NCBI GenBank assembly: GCA_963977015.1
Contig: CAXBMO010000002.1
Location: 64,001-128,000, forward strand
DNA length: 64,000 bases
Direction of reading: 5' to 3'
From: an uncultured bacterium
GTDB taxonomy: Bacteria > Verrucomicrobiota > Verrucomicrobiia > Verrucomicrobiales > DEV007
The position numbers and the translations under genes are program-made. The notes under the pieces were generated by a model. The model saw only the letters and a list, made by a program, of their open reading frames with translations, made no database searches and had not been told where the DNA came from. Positions 1 through 9,443 of this stretch are shown here, piece by piece (position 1 is the first letter of the stretch; each line of letters starts with the position of its first letter).

Positions 1-1723
1 TACTCAACTGCGCCGGTTCAATCGTCAGTTCCGTTGAATTTCGCAGATTTCGGGAGGCGCCGTTCACCAGAATCGACACCGCCGAATTCGCGAGCCCTCC
101 CGAATATCGCACACAGACATGCGACCATTCCCTCGGCGAGAGAGCTTCTTCGCCGGGAAGCAGCCCCTTGATCGACTTTCCGGCTCCATCGTGAAGCTGA
201 AAGGTCAAGGCACCCTGCGTGCTGGTGGTGATCTTCCATCCCAAGAGCTTGCCATCCTCAGTCTTCGTTGTTTGATCAAAAAGCGTCGTATTGACGAGCT
301 GATCCGGGGTTCGCAGCCAGAAGCTGATTGAAAGCGGAGCGTCCGTTCGGGAGGGCCCGACCAATTCCGCCTCCAGGCTCGCTCCCTTCTCGAATCGCAT
401 TCCACGTTTACCGGCCGGATGATCTTTGGCCCATTGCGCGCCTTTCGGCAATTCCGACTCCCTCTCATGAAGCGGCAGCCATAAACTCAGATTGGCCGAT
501 CGAATCGGCCGATCGACAGCGCCAACCGACATTCCCCACCAGGTTTTCACGACCGCCTCATCGGTCATCATGCGGTTCGCAGCCTCGTCACGGATGACTT
601 GCAGCTCAGCCCATTCTTCCTTGAATTCGTCTTTCGGCAGCACGATCACCGGAGGCGAATCCTTCTGATTCCCATCCATCGCAGGTTGCGTGGTGTTGTT
701 GAAAAAGGCTCCGAGTTGATAGAAGTCGCGTTGGGAAACCGGGTCGAACTTGTGATCGTGGCAGACCGCGCAACCGGTGGTCAGGCCAAGGAAAACCGTG
801 GACGTCGTTTCAACCCGGTCAATCATGTAGCGAACGTTCACTTCCTCGGGAATCGCACCTCCTTCTGACGTCGTAATGTTGCAACGATTGAACCCCGTGG
901 CGATTTTTTGCTGGAGCGTCGCATTCGGCAGCAAATCGCCGGCCAATTGTTCGATCGTGAACCGATCGAACGGCATATTGTCCCGAAACGCCTGAATCAC
1001 CCAGTCGCGGTAGGGCCAGATTTCCCGGTAGTTGTCGAGATGCATCCCGTGGGTGTCGCCATAGCGGGCCGCATCCAGCCAGAAACGAGTTTGATGCTCC
1101 GCCGCGTGGGGTGATTTCAGGAGCTCGTCGACATAGAGCTCCGGCGCGTTTTCGCGAAGGTCGAGAATGTAGTCTTCGACGCGGCTCCAGGTGGGCGGGA
1201 GTCCGACCAGATCGAGGGAAGCCCGCCGCGCGAATTCGTGGAGACTCGCCTCGGGATTTGGCTCCAGCCCCCTCGAAGCCAACCGCGCGTGAACAAAATG
1301 ATCGATCGGGTTTTTCGCCCAACGCCGCGAGGCTTCAGTCTCGGGAACTTCCGGCCGGGCAATCGGCTGAAAGGACCAATGTCCTTCCCACGTTGCCCCC
1401 TCTTCAATCCACGTTTTGAGAAGGCCCTGCTCTTCCGCGCTCAGCGTTTTCGCCGATTGGGGAGGCGGCATGACCTCGTCTGGATCCGTGCTGAAAATTC
1501 GCGTCAACACCTCCTCCGCAACGTGTTGATCTATCGCAAGATCCAGCCGCAAATCCGCCTTGCGCGCATGCGAATCCGGACCATGGCACTCCAGACAGTT
1601 CTTCGAAAGCAGTGGCCGGATATCTTGCGAATACCGAACGGTTTCAGCCCAAACCGGATTCAGTATCGAAGATGCAACGAATGCGCTGACTGGTAACAAT
1701 CGCCAAAGTCGAACCTTTGGCAT
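1..1723 (-). CDS. PSD1/planctomycete cytochrome c domain protein (DUF1549/DUF1553 type); 3' end runs off the window
   Basis: Not in the ORF track; translated by hand from ATG at 1723. Reads MPKVRLWRLLPVSAFVASS (signal-like), IRPLLSKNCLECHGPD, MPP, WIEEGA..HWSFQP and an in-frame GCAVCHDHKFDP, giving two CxxCH motifs typical of this family. Confidence 0.88.
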   Translation of the reverse strand, partial: MPKVRLWRLLPVSAFVASSILNPVWAETVRYSQDIRPLLSKNCLECHGPDSHARKADLRLDLAIDQHVAEEVLTRIFSTDPDEVMPPPQSAKTLSAEEQGLLKTWIEEGATWEGHWSFQPIARPEVPETEASRRWAKNPIDHFVHARLASRGLEPNPEASLHEFARRASLDLVGLPPTWSRVEDYILDLRENAPELYVDELLKSPHAAEHQTRFWLDAARYGDTHGMHLDNYREIWPYRDWVIQAFRDNMPFDRFTIEQLAGDLLPNATLQQKIATGFNRCNITTSEGGAIPEEVNVRYMIDRVETTSTVFLGLTTGCAVCHDHKFDPVSQRDFYQLGAFFNNTTQPAMDGNQKDSPPVIVLPKDEFKEEWAELQVIRDEAANRMMTDEAVVKTWWGMSVGAVDRPIRSANLSLWLPLHERESELPKGAQWAKDHPAGKRGMRFEKGASLEAELVGPSRTDAPLSISFWLRTPDQLVNTTLFDQTTKTEDGKLLGWKITTSTQGALTFQLHDGAGKSIKGLLPGEEALSPREWSHVCVRYSGGLANSAVSILVNGASRNLRNSTELTIEPAQLS

Positions 1724-1761
1724 CCAGGGAGTCGGAAGAGGTTGAGTCAGTGCTCTATCGG

Positions 1762-2283
1762 CTAGGATTTTCCGTCGTGCTTGTGATCGTGGTCATGGCC
1801 GTGATCGTGATCATGGTCACAAGAGCATGCATATTCCTTGTATTCACAGGTCGGGCAATCTTCGAGATTGAGCTGAAACTTTTCCAACACGGACTTCCCG
1901 CTCCCTTCAGATTTGATCTGCACGACAACTGGGAAACTGGTTCCTTCGGGCAACGTGTTGTTTGAAACGAGGGCGTCCCCGGATTTCTCAAAAGAAAGCC
2001 GCGTTGGGCTGGTTCTGCTTCCGCCTGTCAGCTTCACGGAAAACCCGTCGATGGAAGCCGCCTTATGATCATGGTCGAATGCGGAAATTTTCACGGTTCG
2101 ATCTTTCAATACCAAAAACTCAAGATGAGGCTCCACGCTGAAAAACAACCTTCCCCCATTTGGCCCGGTAATTTTTTCGTGCTCATGATCGTGATCGTGG
2201 TCATGACCTCCCTTCTCGTCTGCGAGCGCGTTGAAACTGAAAGCGAGAAAAATTGTAACAAGGGAGGTGAAGAGGGATTTCAT
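1762..2283 (-). CDS. Secreted His-rich putative metal-binding protein
   Basis: Start moved to ATG 2283 (MKSLFTSLVTIFLAFSFNALA, signal peptide). Has N-terminal HDHDHDHEHE, a GPNGGRL motif and C-terminal CPTC..YACSC followed by HDHDHGHDHDHKH. Confidence 0.8.
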   Translation of the reverse strand: MKSLFTSLVTIFLAFSFNALADEKGGHDHDHDHEHEKITGPNGGRLFFSVEPHLEFLVLKDRTVKISAFDHDHKAASIDGFSVKLTGGSRTSPTRLSFEKSGDALVSNNTLPEGTSFPVVVQIKSEGSGKSVLEKFQLNLEDCPTCEYKEYACSCDHDHDHGHDHDHKHDGKS

Positions 2284-2403
2284 GATGATAGAGACTATAG
2301 TCGGTCCAAGTTGTTGAGTTATTTTTCGGTTTGCAAGCGATTTGCACTCGCTTGACCCGACAGGGATTGAACGCCGGATTCGAAGGATTGATCTAAGCGG
2401 CAG

Positions 2404-4749
2404 ATGATTTGGCTCCGGTTCATTGCTACCCTCATGGTCCTCGCTCTTTTTGGAGTGGGTGCGATGCATCGATTCGAGTTTTCGTTGCCAAGTCTCGGGA
2501 CCGGTTCACCAGCTGTCAGCTTTTTGGATGATGTTGAACCGATCCTGATCGATCACTGTTATGAATGCCACGGCGACGGCTCGAGCAAGGGCGGGATCGA
2601 GCTGGACGCGTTCGATAGCCACGAAGACCTCCTGGCAGCGCTTGAGTTGTGGGAAGGCGTCCACCACAATATCGACGCCTTTCTCATGCCACCGAGCGAG
2701 AAACCGCAAATGGAGGACTTTGAACGGGAAATTTTGGCAACGTGGATCGAAAAAGAGATCTTCAAGCTCGATCCTCGCAATCCGGATCCGGGCAGAGTCA
2801 CGATCCGGCGTCTCAATCGCGAAGAATATCGCAATTCCATCCGCGATTTGCTCGAAAATCAGGATTTGGATCCCTCGGAAGACCTCCCTCCCGACGACAC
2901 CGGATACGGCTTCGACAACGTGGGGGACGTTCTGTCGATGTCGCCAGGATTGTTCGAGAAATACGCGATCGCGGCGGACCGAATCCTTTCCAGCATGATT
3001 CAAACCCATCCGCCGGAACCTGGAAGAATTGTCGTCACAGCCGGAGACGATTTTCGGGGAGTCCGACATGCCTCCAACGGCACGGGAGCCCTTTCCAGCG
3101 TGGGAGCCGTCGGGGCAAAGCTCAAGGTTCCGCGCGATGGCGAATATTCCCTCCGCATTCTGGTGGGGGCTGACCATGCCGGCGATGAATTACCTCGAAT
3201 GCTGGTCAAATTTCAGGGCGCCAAAGACCGGGAATTTCAGGTTAAAGCGAATCGTGATCAGCCCCAGTATTGCGACATGCCCGTCAAGGCTCAACGGGGC
3301 GATCGCTGGTTGGAAATGGCGTTTCTCAACGATTTTTACGACCCGGACCACAAGAATCCTCAGCGGAGAGATCGAAATCTCCATATTTTTCGCGCGGAAT
3401 TGATTGGGCCGCTCAACGCGAAGCCGCCTCCGCCAACGGCCACCCAAAAAGCCCTATTCAGCGTGGCCGGCACTGGCCCGGAAGAGGATCAGGCTCGCCG
3501 AATTATCTCCAAGTTTGCGCGGAAAGCCTGGCGGAAACCGGTTCGCGAAGAGGAAGTCGAGCGATTGCTTCAATTTGTCGACCTGGCGAAGAATGAAGGG
3601 GATAGCTTCGAAATGGGAATCAAGTTGGCGCTTCAAGCGACGCTGGTTTCTCCCCATTTTCTTTTTCGCGCCGAATCTCAGGCACGCCCAGACGATCCGA
3701 AGAAAATCCACCAAATCGATGAGCATGCCCTAGCATCACGCCTCTCCTATTTCCTGTGGAGCTCCACCCCGGACGACCGGTTGTTGAATCTCGCAGATGC
3801 GGGGGAACTTCGCGAGAATCTGGATTCGGAAATTGATCGCATGATCGCCGATCCCAAAATCCAGGCATTGACCCGAAATTTTGCAGGCCAATGGCTACAG
3901 CTGAGAAATCTGGATATCGTGATGCCGGATCCCAAAACCTACGGAGGTTGGAATGGAGAACTTCGGGACGCAATGCGGAATGAAACGGAGCGTTTCTTCC
4001 ACACCATTTTGGTCGAGAATCGAAGCGTGCTGGAGTTTCTGGACGCAGATTTCACCTTCCTCAACGAGCAGTTGGCCCGGCACTATGGAATTGGCGGCGT
4101 GAAAGGGGGCAATTTCCGAAGGGTCTCGTTGAGCGACCGCGATCGCACGAGACGCGGCGGCGTTCTAGGCCACGCCAGCATCTTGACGATTACGTCCAAT
4201 CCCACGCGAACCTCTCCGGTAAGCCGGGGAAACTGGGTTTTGGAAAATCTCCTTGGAACGCCCCCTCCGCCTCCCCTGGAAGGGATTCCGGATTTGGAGG
4301 AGACCAAGAAGCGGGCCGGAACCAAATTGACGATGCGCCAGCAACTCGAAATGCACCGCGAAGATCCCCTTTGCGCCAGTTGCCATGCCCGAATGGACCC
4401 GATTGGGTTCGCCCTTGAGAATTATGACGGAATCGGCCGGTGGCGAGATCAGGAGGAAGGACAACCGATCGATCCGGCGGGGAAGCTCTACACCGGCGAG
4501 CAGTTTAAGGGAGCAGAGGATTTGAAGCAGCTGCTGGCCGAGAAAAAGGGCGAAGCATTTGCTCAAAATCTCTCAGAAAAGCTTCTCACCTTTGCCTTGG
4601 GACGCGGTGTAGAATACTACGATCAACCGGCTTTGAACAAGATTCACGACCAGGTCTCGGAACGCGAATTTCAGTTCCAGGCGTTCATCCACGCCATCGT
4701 TGATTCGGTCCCGTTCCAATACCGTCGCGGGGAATCGACGACTCCGTAA
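2404..4749 (+). CDS. DUF1592/DUF1588/DUF1587/DUF1595/DUF1585 planctomycete cytochrome c protein with an inserted carbohydrate-binding-like module
   Basis: CYECH and CASCH haem motifs; RRLNREEYRNSIRDLL, ASRLSYFLWSS, FAGQWLQLR, TSPVSRGNWVLENLLG and GFALENYDGIGRWR. Insert around FLNDFYDP..RDRNL. Confidence 0.9.
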   Translation: MIWLRFIATLMVLALFGVGAMHRFEFSLPSLGTGSPAVSFLDDVEPILIDHCYECHGDGSSKGGIELDAFDSHEDLLAALELWEGVHHNIDAFLMPPSEKPQMEDFEREILATWIEKEIFKLDPRNPDPGRVTIRRLNREEYRNSIRDLLENQDLDPSEDLPPDDTGYGFDNVGDVLSMSPGLFEKYAIAADRILSSMIQTHPPEPGRIVVTAGDDFRGVRHASNGTGALSSVGAVGAKLKVPRDGEYSLRILVGADHAGDELPRMLVKFQGAKDREFQVKANRDQPQYCDMPVKAQRGDRWLEMAFLNDFYDPDHKNPQRRDRNLHIFRAELIGPLNAKPPPPTATQKALFSVAGTGPEEDQARRIISKFARKAWRKPVREEEVERLLQFVDLAKNEGDSFEMGIKLALQATLVSPHFLFRAESQARPDDPKKIHQIDEHALASRLSYFLWSSTPDDRLLNLADAGELRENLDSEIDRMIADPKIQALTRNFAGQWLQLRNLDIVMPDPKTYGGWNGELRDAMRNETERFFHTILVENRSVLEFLDADFTFLNEQLARHYGIGGVKGGNFRRVSLSDRDRTRRGGVLGHASILTITSNPTRTSPVSRGNWVLENLLGTPPPPPLEGIPDLEETKKRAGTKLTMRQQLEMHREDPLCASCHARMDPIGFALENYDGIGRWRDQEEGQPIDPAGKLYTGEQFKGAEDLKQLLAEKKGEAFAQNLSEKLLTFALGRGVEYYDQPALNKIHDQVSEREFQFQAFIHAIVDSVPFQYRRGESTTP

Positions 4750-4776
4750 CGGCACTGGTGACACCGGTTTCAGGGC

Positions 4777-4807
4777 AAAAAGAAACCCGGCCACATTGTG
4801 GCCGGGT
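4777..4807 (-). terminator. Intrinsic terminator
   Basis: Perfect inverted repeat acccggccaca-t-tgtggccgggt (4785-4807), followed on the minus strand by TTCTTTTT. Confidence 0.8.
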
Positions 4808-4857
4808 CACCAGAACCATGAAACAACGCAATTCACATCTCACCGTTTATTGCGTAG
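4777..4857 (-). ncRNA. Candidate small regulatory RNA
   Basis: AT-rich promoter-like region (TTGATT at 4890-4885, TATATCT at 4868-4862), 5' stem ACGCAAT/ATTGCGT, unpaired TGTTTCATGGTTCTGG, then the terminator. Inferred from architecture only. Confidence 0.4.
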
Positions 4858-5026
4858 AACTAGATATAAAACATGTATTAAATAAATCAACGAAAACGAT
4901 TCAGTTTCGCAGTTTTTTACATCAACAATGAGACCTCTCAACGCAACTCCCTGAACATGGATGAGTTGTCCACGACAACGACCGACCACGGGCAGAAGTC
5001 GCCCATTTTCCTCCCGCTAAATTCGT

Positions 5027-6445
5027 TCAGTCGACATCAAGAGCCTGTGCATCAGCCCCGCCAGCAGGCTCAATCTTCAGCAACTTACAAATCGTGGAGT
5101 GAAGCTGAGTCCCATTGATTTCTCCCAGCGATGAACCGTATCCGCCACCATCGAGCCGGAACATGAAGGTTTGGCCCTTCATCCGGGAGGAATCGGAAAC
5201 CGCATATCCACTGGAAGCATAGGGACCACCAGCTTCAGATGGATCAAAAACAGGCTCGGTTCCCACGGCCGTCGTAAATGAATATCCTGGCTTCAGAACC
5301 AAAAAACGATCTCCGAACATATTTCCGCCATCTTGCCCCAATCCCCAGGTAGAGGGATAATCTCCCTTGGAATAGGAACGCCAGTAGATTCGTTTCTTCA
5401 GTTCATCGTCGTATCCTTCTTCAAAGTCCGCCTGGTCAGCTCCCGCAGGAAGTTCCTTAAACCAAAGATGCGCAATCCCATCCGTGACTGCGTAGTCAAC
5501 TTGCTGAGCCAGCTTGCCCATCAACTCACTGTAGTTGATCAACTTGTCCGAATTTGAGGATCCGTGATCGGTCGTCAGGACGACGTGAAGCTTGTCCCCT
5601 TCATCTTTGCGTAGTTCAGGCCACTTCGCCTTGAGCTTGTCGAAAAACGCTTTCAAGGTCGAATCGAGGGTCGTTACCGCAGCGAGCGTGTCTGGTTCCT
5701 TTGGGCCATTGGCCCGAGCGGCCTTTTTCAGGTCAATCAGGCTGGCCATCGCCAAACGAATCTTCTTTTCGCCCTGGTAGCTTCCCCACGCATCAAGCAG
5801 GGTGTTGAGGCGATCTTCGTCAGATTTCGACTCGTCATACTCGGCCAGAAAAACATCAGCTCCGTTCTCCGCAGGTTGCGCCTGGGAGAATGGCCAATCA
5901 TGCACCAAAACGGAGATGCCCTGTTTTTTCGCGGTATTCCAGATGGGCTCAGCCTTCAAATGCACCAAATCAGTGGGAAAGCGCTTCACCTCCTTGGTTT
6001 CAGGGTGCCGCATGGTGTCCCCTATCACCCCGTGAACGCTCGGGAGCACCCCGGTCGCCTGAGAGATCAGGCTTGGATAATGCACCGTTGGAAACGTGGG
6101 AATCAACGTCCCGGAACTGGGGCGAACCTCATCAAAAAATGGAGTTTCGGCATCCTCGACATAGTCGGCGCGGAATCCACTGACATTGAGCCAGAGCACG
6201 TAGTTGTCGCCATTCTTCACAGGAGCAGACGCCATGGCTCCCGATTCCCCGTAGTTGGTATAGCTGTAAGCCTCTGCCGATTCAATCGGATCGCGGAGTT
6301 CCGCCAATTGAGCAGTCGTGTGATCGTCGTCCATTGCTACCCAATCGAAGTAGACCGATTCAGTGCCTCCCCAGACGAAAACGAGGGCGAGACCAGCTAC
6401 TAGGGCCGAGACGAGGGCGGAAGCTGAAGCAATGGTGGAACTCAT
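5027..6445 (-). CDS. Alkaline-phosphatase-superfamily NPP/phosphodiesterase-fold protein, degenerate active site, N-terminal membrane anchor
   Basis: NVSGFRADY, PTFPTVHYPS, TG..PSVHGVI, AEPIWNTA, HDWP and TTDHG align to the NPP fold. Start taken at ATG 6445. Confidence 0.82.
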   Translation of the reverse strand: MSSTIASASALVSALVAGLALVFVWGGTESVYFDWVAMDDDHTTAQLAELRDPIESAEAYSYTNYGESGAMASAPVKNGDNYVLWLNVSGFRADYVEDAETPFFDEVRPSSGTLIPTFPTVHYPSLISQATGVLPSVHGVIGDTMRHPETKEVKRFPTDLVHLKAEPIWNTAKKQGISVLVHDWPFSQAQPAENGADVFLAEYDESKSDEDRLNTLLDAWGSYQGEKKIRLAMASLIDLKKAARANGPKEPDTLAAVTTLDSTLKAFFDKLKAKWPELRKDEGDKLHVVLTTDHGSSNSDKLINYSELMGKLAQQVDYAVTDGIAHLWFKELPAGADQADFEEGYDDELKKRIYWRSYSKGDYPSTWGLGQDGGNMFGDRFLVLKPGYSFTTAVGTEPVFDPSEAGGPYASSGYAVSDSSRMKGQTFMFRLDGGGYGSSLGEINGTQLHSTICKLLKIEPAGGADAQALDVD

Positions 6446-6499
6446 GGCAAAAATTCTAGCATGCGGCTCCTGAGAGAGCAAGCAGGGGCTCGAACCAGC

Positions 6500-7939
6500 T
6501 CACTCGGAAACCATCTCGATTTCGATGGGGTTGGGATTGGCCTTTGCGGAAGGCTCGATTCCCAAAATCCGGCAAACGGTTGCGTGGAGCTGAGTCGCAT
6601 CGACTTCCTCACCTTCTTTGGCAAAACGACGCGCCGGCCATTCATAAATCCAGGTTGAACCCCGCATTCGTGAGGAGCTTCGAACCGTAAGACCACTCGC
6701 CGCGACTTGTCCGCCAACTTCGTCCGGGGCAAAAACCGCCTCCGATCCACTCTGGTCTGTAAACGCGTAGCCTGACTTCAACTGAATCACCAGATCCCCA
6801 ATATGAGGCCCCTCTCCCAGCATCCATTCGTCGGGAATCGTCTCCTTGCGGTAGATGTCCCAGTAGATCCGATCTCCCATCGCCTCTTCGATCTTGTCGA
6901 GCGCCTTCTCCGTCGTAACGCCTTCCGGGAGATTCTGCACCCAGACCTGCCCCAACGTATCGCTGAAGGCTAGCTTGGCATACGGGCGCATGTCTTCGGC
7001 GATTAACTCGGACAGATTCACCAACTTGGTGACGTCGACCATGCCATGATCCGTGCTCAAAATGACGAACAGGCGGTCACCATTTCGAGCCAGCGTGGGC
7101 CAACTCTTTTTGAGTTCATCAAAGAAAACGTTGAGCTCGGAATCCAGATTGCTGAAGGCGGAGTAAACTTTCGGAGTTCGACAACCGTGCTTGCGGGCCG
7201 CATCATCCAATCCATTCAAACTGGCCATCACAAGTCGAATGCGGTCTTTGTCGCTTCCGGCGTTTGCCGACCAGGCATCCAGCAAAGCCTTCAGGCGTGA
7301 AGCGTCTTGTTTGGAGGGATCAAATTCCGGCAGCGAAATGTCAGCGGCGTGTTCAGAAGGTTGATTCTGCGAAAATGGCCAATCGTGAACCAACACGCGG
7401 ATTCCCTGGCGCTTTGCCGTCGTCCAGATGGGGTCGGCTTTGAGCAACTCGAGATCGGTCGGATTCAGGACCACTTCGCTACTGCCGGGAATCAGCATCG
7501 CATCATTCACAATTCCATGAACATCGGCGGTGGTTCCCGTTGCCTGAGAAACCAGGCTTGGCCAACGCAGCGTTGGAAAGGACGGAATCAGTTTCTTGCT
7601 GTAAAATCCCCGACTGGAGGCTTGATCAAAAAACGTCGTCGAAGCTTTATCGACATAATCGGTTCTCAGCCCGCTGATGTTGAGCCAAAACACGTAATTG
7701 ATGGGATCGTCCACCTTCCCGGATGAGGAGGCGACGGAATCCGTCGAGCCCGCCTCAGTTTTGTCCGCCATCAACTCTGGATGGAGCAATTGATTCAACT
7801 CCTCAATCGAGTAGTCGTCCTCCATCGGTTGCCAGGTATAGGCGATGGTGTTGTTCCCATTAAACACCAGTCCTGCCACCAAAGCGACCACCAGAATGTT
7901 AATGAACGACATCAACGAACGCAGCGGGGTTTCGAACAT
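6500..7939 (-). CDS. NPP/phosphodiesterase-fold paralogue, degenerate active site, N-terminal membrane anchor
   Basis: NISGLRTDY, PSFPTLRWPS, VHGIVND, DPIWTTA, HDWP and STDHGM; collinear with 5027-6445. Confidence 0.82.
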   Translation of the reverse strand: MFETPLRSLMSFINILVVALVAGLVFNGNNTIAYTWQPMEDDYSIEELNQLLHPELMADKTEAGSTDSVASSSGKVDDPINYVFWLNISGLRTDYVDKASTTFFDQASSRGFYSKKLIPSFPTLRWPSLVSQATGTTADVHGIVNDAMLIPGSSEVVLNPTDLELLKADPIWTTAKRQGIRVLVHDWPFSQNQPSEHAADISLPEFDPSKQDASRLKALLDAWSANAGSDKDRIRLVMASLNGLDDAARKHGCRTPKVYSAFSNLDSELNVFFDELKKSWPTLARNGDRLFVILSTDHGMVDVTKLVNLSELIAEDMRPYAKLAFSDTLGQVWVQNLPEGVTTEKALDKIEEAMGDRIYWDIYRKETIPDEWMLGEGPHIGDLVIQLKSGYAFTDQSGSEAVFAPDEVGGQVAASGLTVRSSSRMRGSTWIYEWPARRFAKEGEEVDATQLHATVCRILGIEPSAKANPNPIEIEMVSE

Positions 7940-8009
7940 GGTCAGATGTTGCCATGTTCAAACTCGAAAGGCAAGCCCCCGTAGCAAGCAGGATGTCAGG
8001 CAGGCGAAC

Positions 8010-9431
8010 TCAGCCAAAAACCGGGCGATGAACGTGCCCCTCGTTCAAATCCACCCGTTCCGGGCGACCTTTGTGCATGTAAACGACCTCGGTGTGATCC
8101 AGCCCCATCAATCCCATGATGGTGGAATGGATGTCGTGGACGTGAAGCTTGTCTTCGACGGCAAACAGGCCCAATTCGTCGGTTGCGCCAATGGTTTGGC
8201 CACCTTTGACGCCACCACCAGCCATCCACATCGTGAACCCAGTCGGATTGTGATCGCGGCCATCGCCTTTTTCACTCATGGGAGTCCGGCCAAATTCACC
8301 GCCCCAAATCACGAGGGTCTCGTCGAGCAAGCCCCGACGCTTCAAATCGGTAATCAGGCCGACGATTGGCTGGTCGACATTGTTACAAAGTCGCGAGTGA
8401 TTTCTTTCCATGCCCGAATGGCTATCCCACTTGCTTCCGGCACCATGATACAGCTGGATGAAGCGCACTCCCCGCTCGACCAAGCGCCGCGCGAAAAGAC
8501 ATTGACGCCCGTAAACCTCGGTTTCCTTTTGATCCAAGCCATAGAGTTTCTGGATGTGCTCGGGTTCGGATTCGAGATCGACGGCTTCGGGAGCTTCCGT
8601 CTGCATCTTGAATGCCAATTCATAGCTTCGGATTCTCGCTTCCAGATCAGTATTGGACTCGCGCCCCTGATAATGATTCTGATTCAGCTGATCCAGCAAA
8701 TTCAGCTTTTTGGCCTGGCGCGACTGACTCACCCCAGCCGGGTTGTTGAGATTCGCGATAGGCTGATTCCCTGATTCCAACAATACGCCCTGGTGGATCG
8801 AAGGCATGAATCCCGAGCCCCAGCATCGCACGCCATTCACAACCATCGCGTTCGAGTCCTTCAACACGACAAATCCTGGCAAATTCTGATTTTCGGTGCC
8901 CAATCCGTAGGAAATCCAGGATCCCAGCGACGGACGCCCACCAAAAACTGAACCCGTGTTCATCTGGCAGACTCCACCGGCATGATTGATTCCGTCCGAA
9001 ACACAGGAGCGGATCACACAAAGCTCGTCCGCGATTTCCGAGTGCTTTGGCAGCCAGTCGGAGATCCACAATCCGCTCTCACCATGTTGCGCCCATTCCC
9101 TTTTTGAAGGGAGAAGCGGCGAATTTACCTCCCCCATTGCCGTCACCGGTTTCTCAAAGCTATCGGGAAGCTTCTGCCCCGCCAGTTTGTTCAGCAGCGG
9201 CTTTGGATCAAACAAGTCCAGATGACTCGGGCCTCCTTCCATAAACAGCCAGATAACCTGCTTGGCCTTGCCGAGCGCATGCGGAATTTTCTCCGCAACG
9301 GGGTTCGGAACCGTGTTGGCATGGAGCGGTTGTCCCAGCATTGCCGACAGGGCAACCGAGCCGAAACCAGCTCCCGCCTTGGCAAGAAATTCTCTTCGTG
9401 AATTGGGGTGATCGATGTTGTTACAAGCCAT
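8010..9431 (-). CDS. DUF1501 domain protein (Tat-exported)
   Basis: SRREFL Tat motif, LFMEGGPSHLDLFDPKP, ARRLVERGVRFIQL, WDSH, GEFGRTP and GRDHNP. Confidence 0.92.
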   Translation of the reverse strand: MACNNIDHPNSRREFLAKAGAGFGSVALSAMLGQPLHANTVPNPVAEKIPHALGKAKQVIWLFMEGGPSHLDLFDPKPLLNKLAGQKLPDSFEKPVTAMGEVNSPLLPSKREWAQHGESGLWISDWLPKHSEIADELCVIRSCVSDGINHAGGVCQMNTGSVFGGRPSLGSWISYGLGTENQNLPGFVVLKDSNAMVVNGVRCWGSGFMPSIHQGVLLESGNQPIANLNNPAGVSQSRQAKKLNLLDQLNQNHYQGRESNTDLEARIRSYELAFKMQTEAPEAVDLESEPEHIQKLYGLDQKETEVYGRQCLFARRLVERGVRFIQLYHGAGSKWDSHSGMERNHSRLCNNVDQPIVGLITDLKRRGLLDETLVIWGGEFGRTPMSEKGDGRDHNPTGFTMWMAGGGVKGGQTIGATDELGLFAVEDKLHVHDIHSTIMGLMGLDHTEVVYMHKGRPERVDLNEGHVHRPVFG

Positions 9432-9443
9432 GAGAGATAGGGG

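Noticed and set aside
1780..1820. Short tandem gtgatc repeats (also about 2180-2205)
   Set aside because: They encode the His-Asp tails; not a CRISPR array or a non-coding repeat.
4818..4931. 37-codon plus-strand ORF MKQRNSHLTV...
   Set aside because: It runs through an AT-rich promoter-like tract, follows a hairpin and has no motif; kept only as an alternative to the sRNA model.
4927..4942. Fur box (TGAGA-cc-TCTCA)
   Set aside because: Half-site spacing is too short for a 7-1-7 Fur box; it is only a short palindrome.
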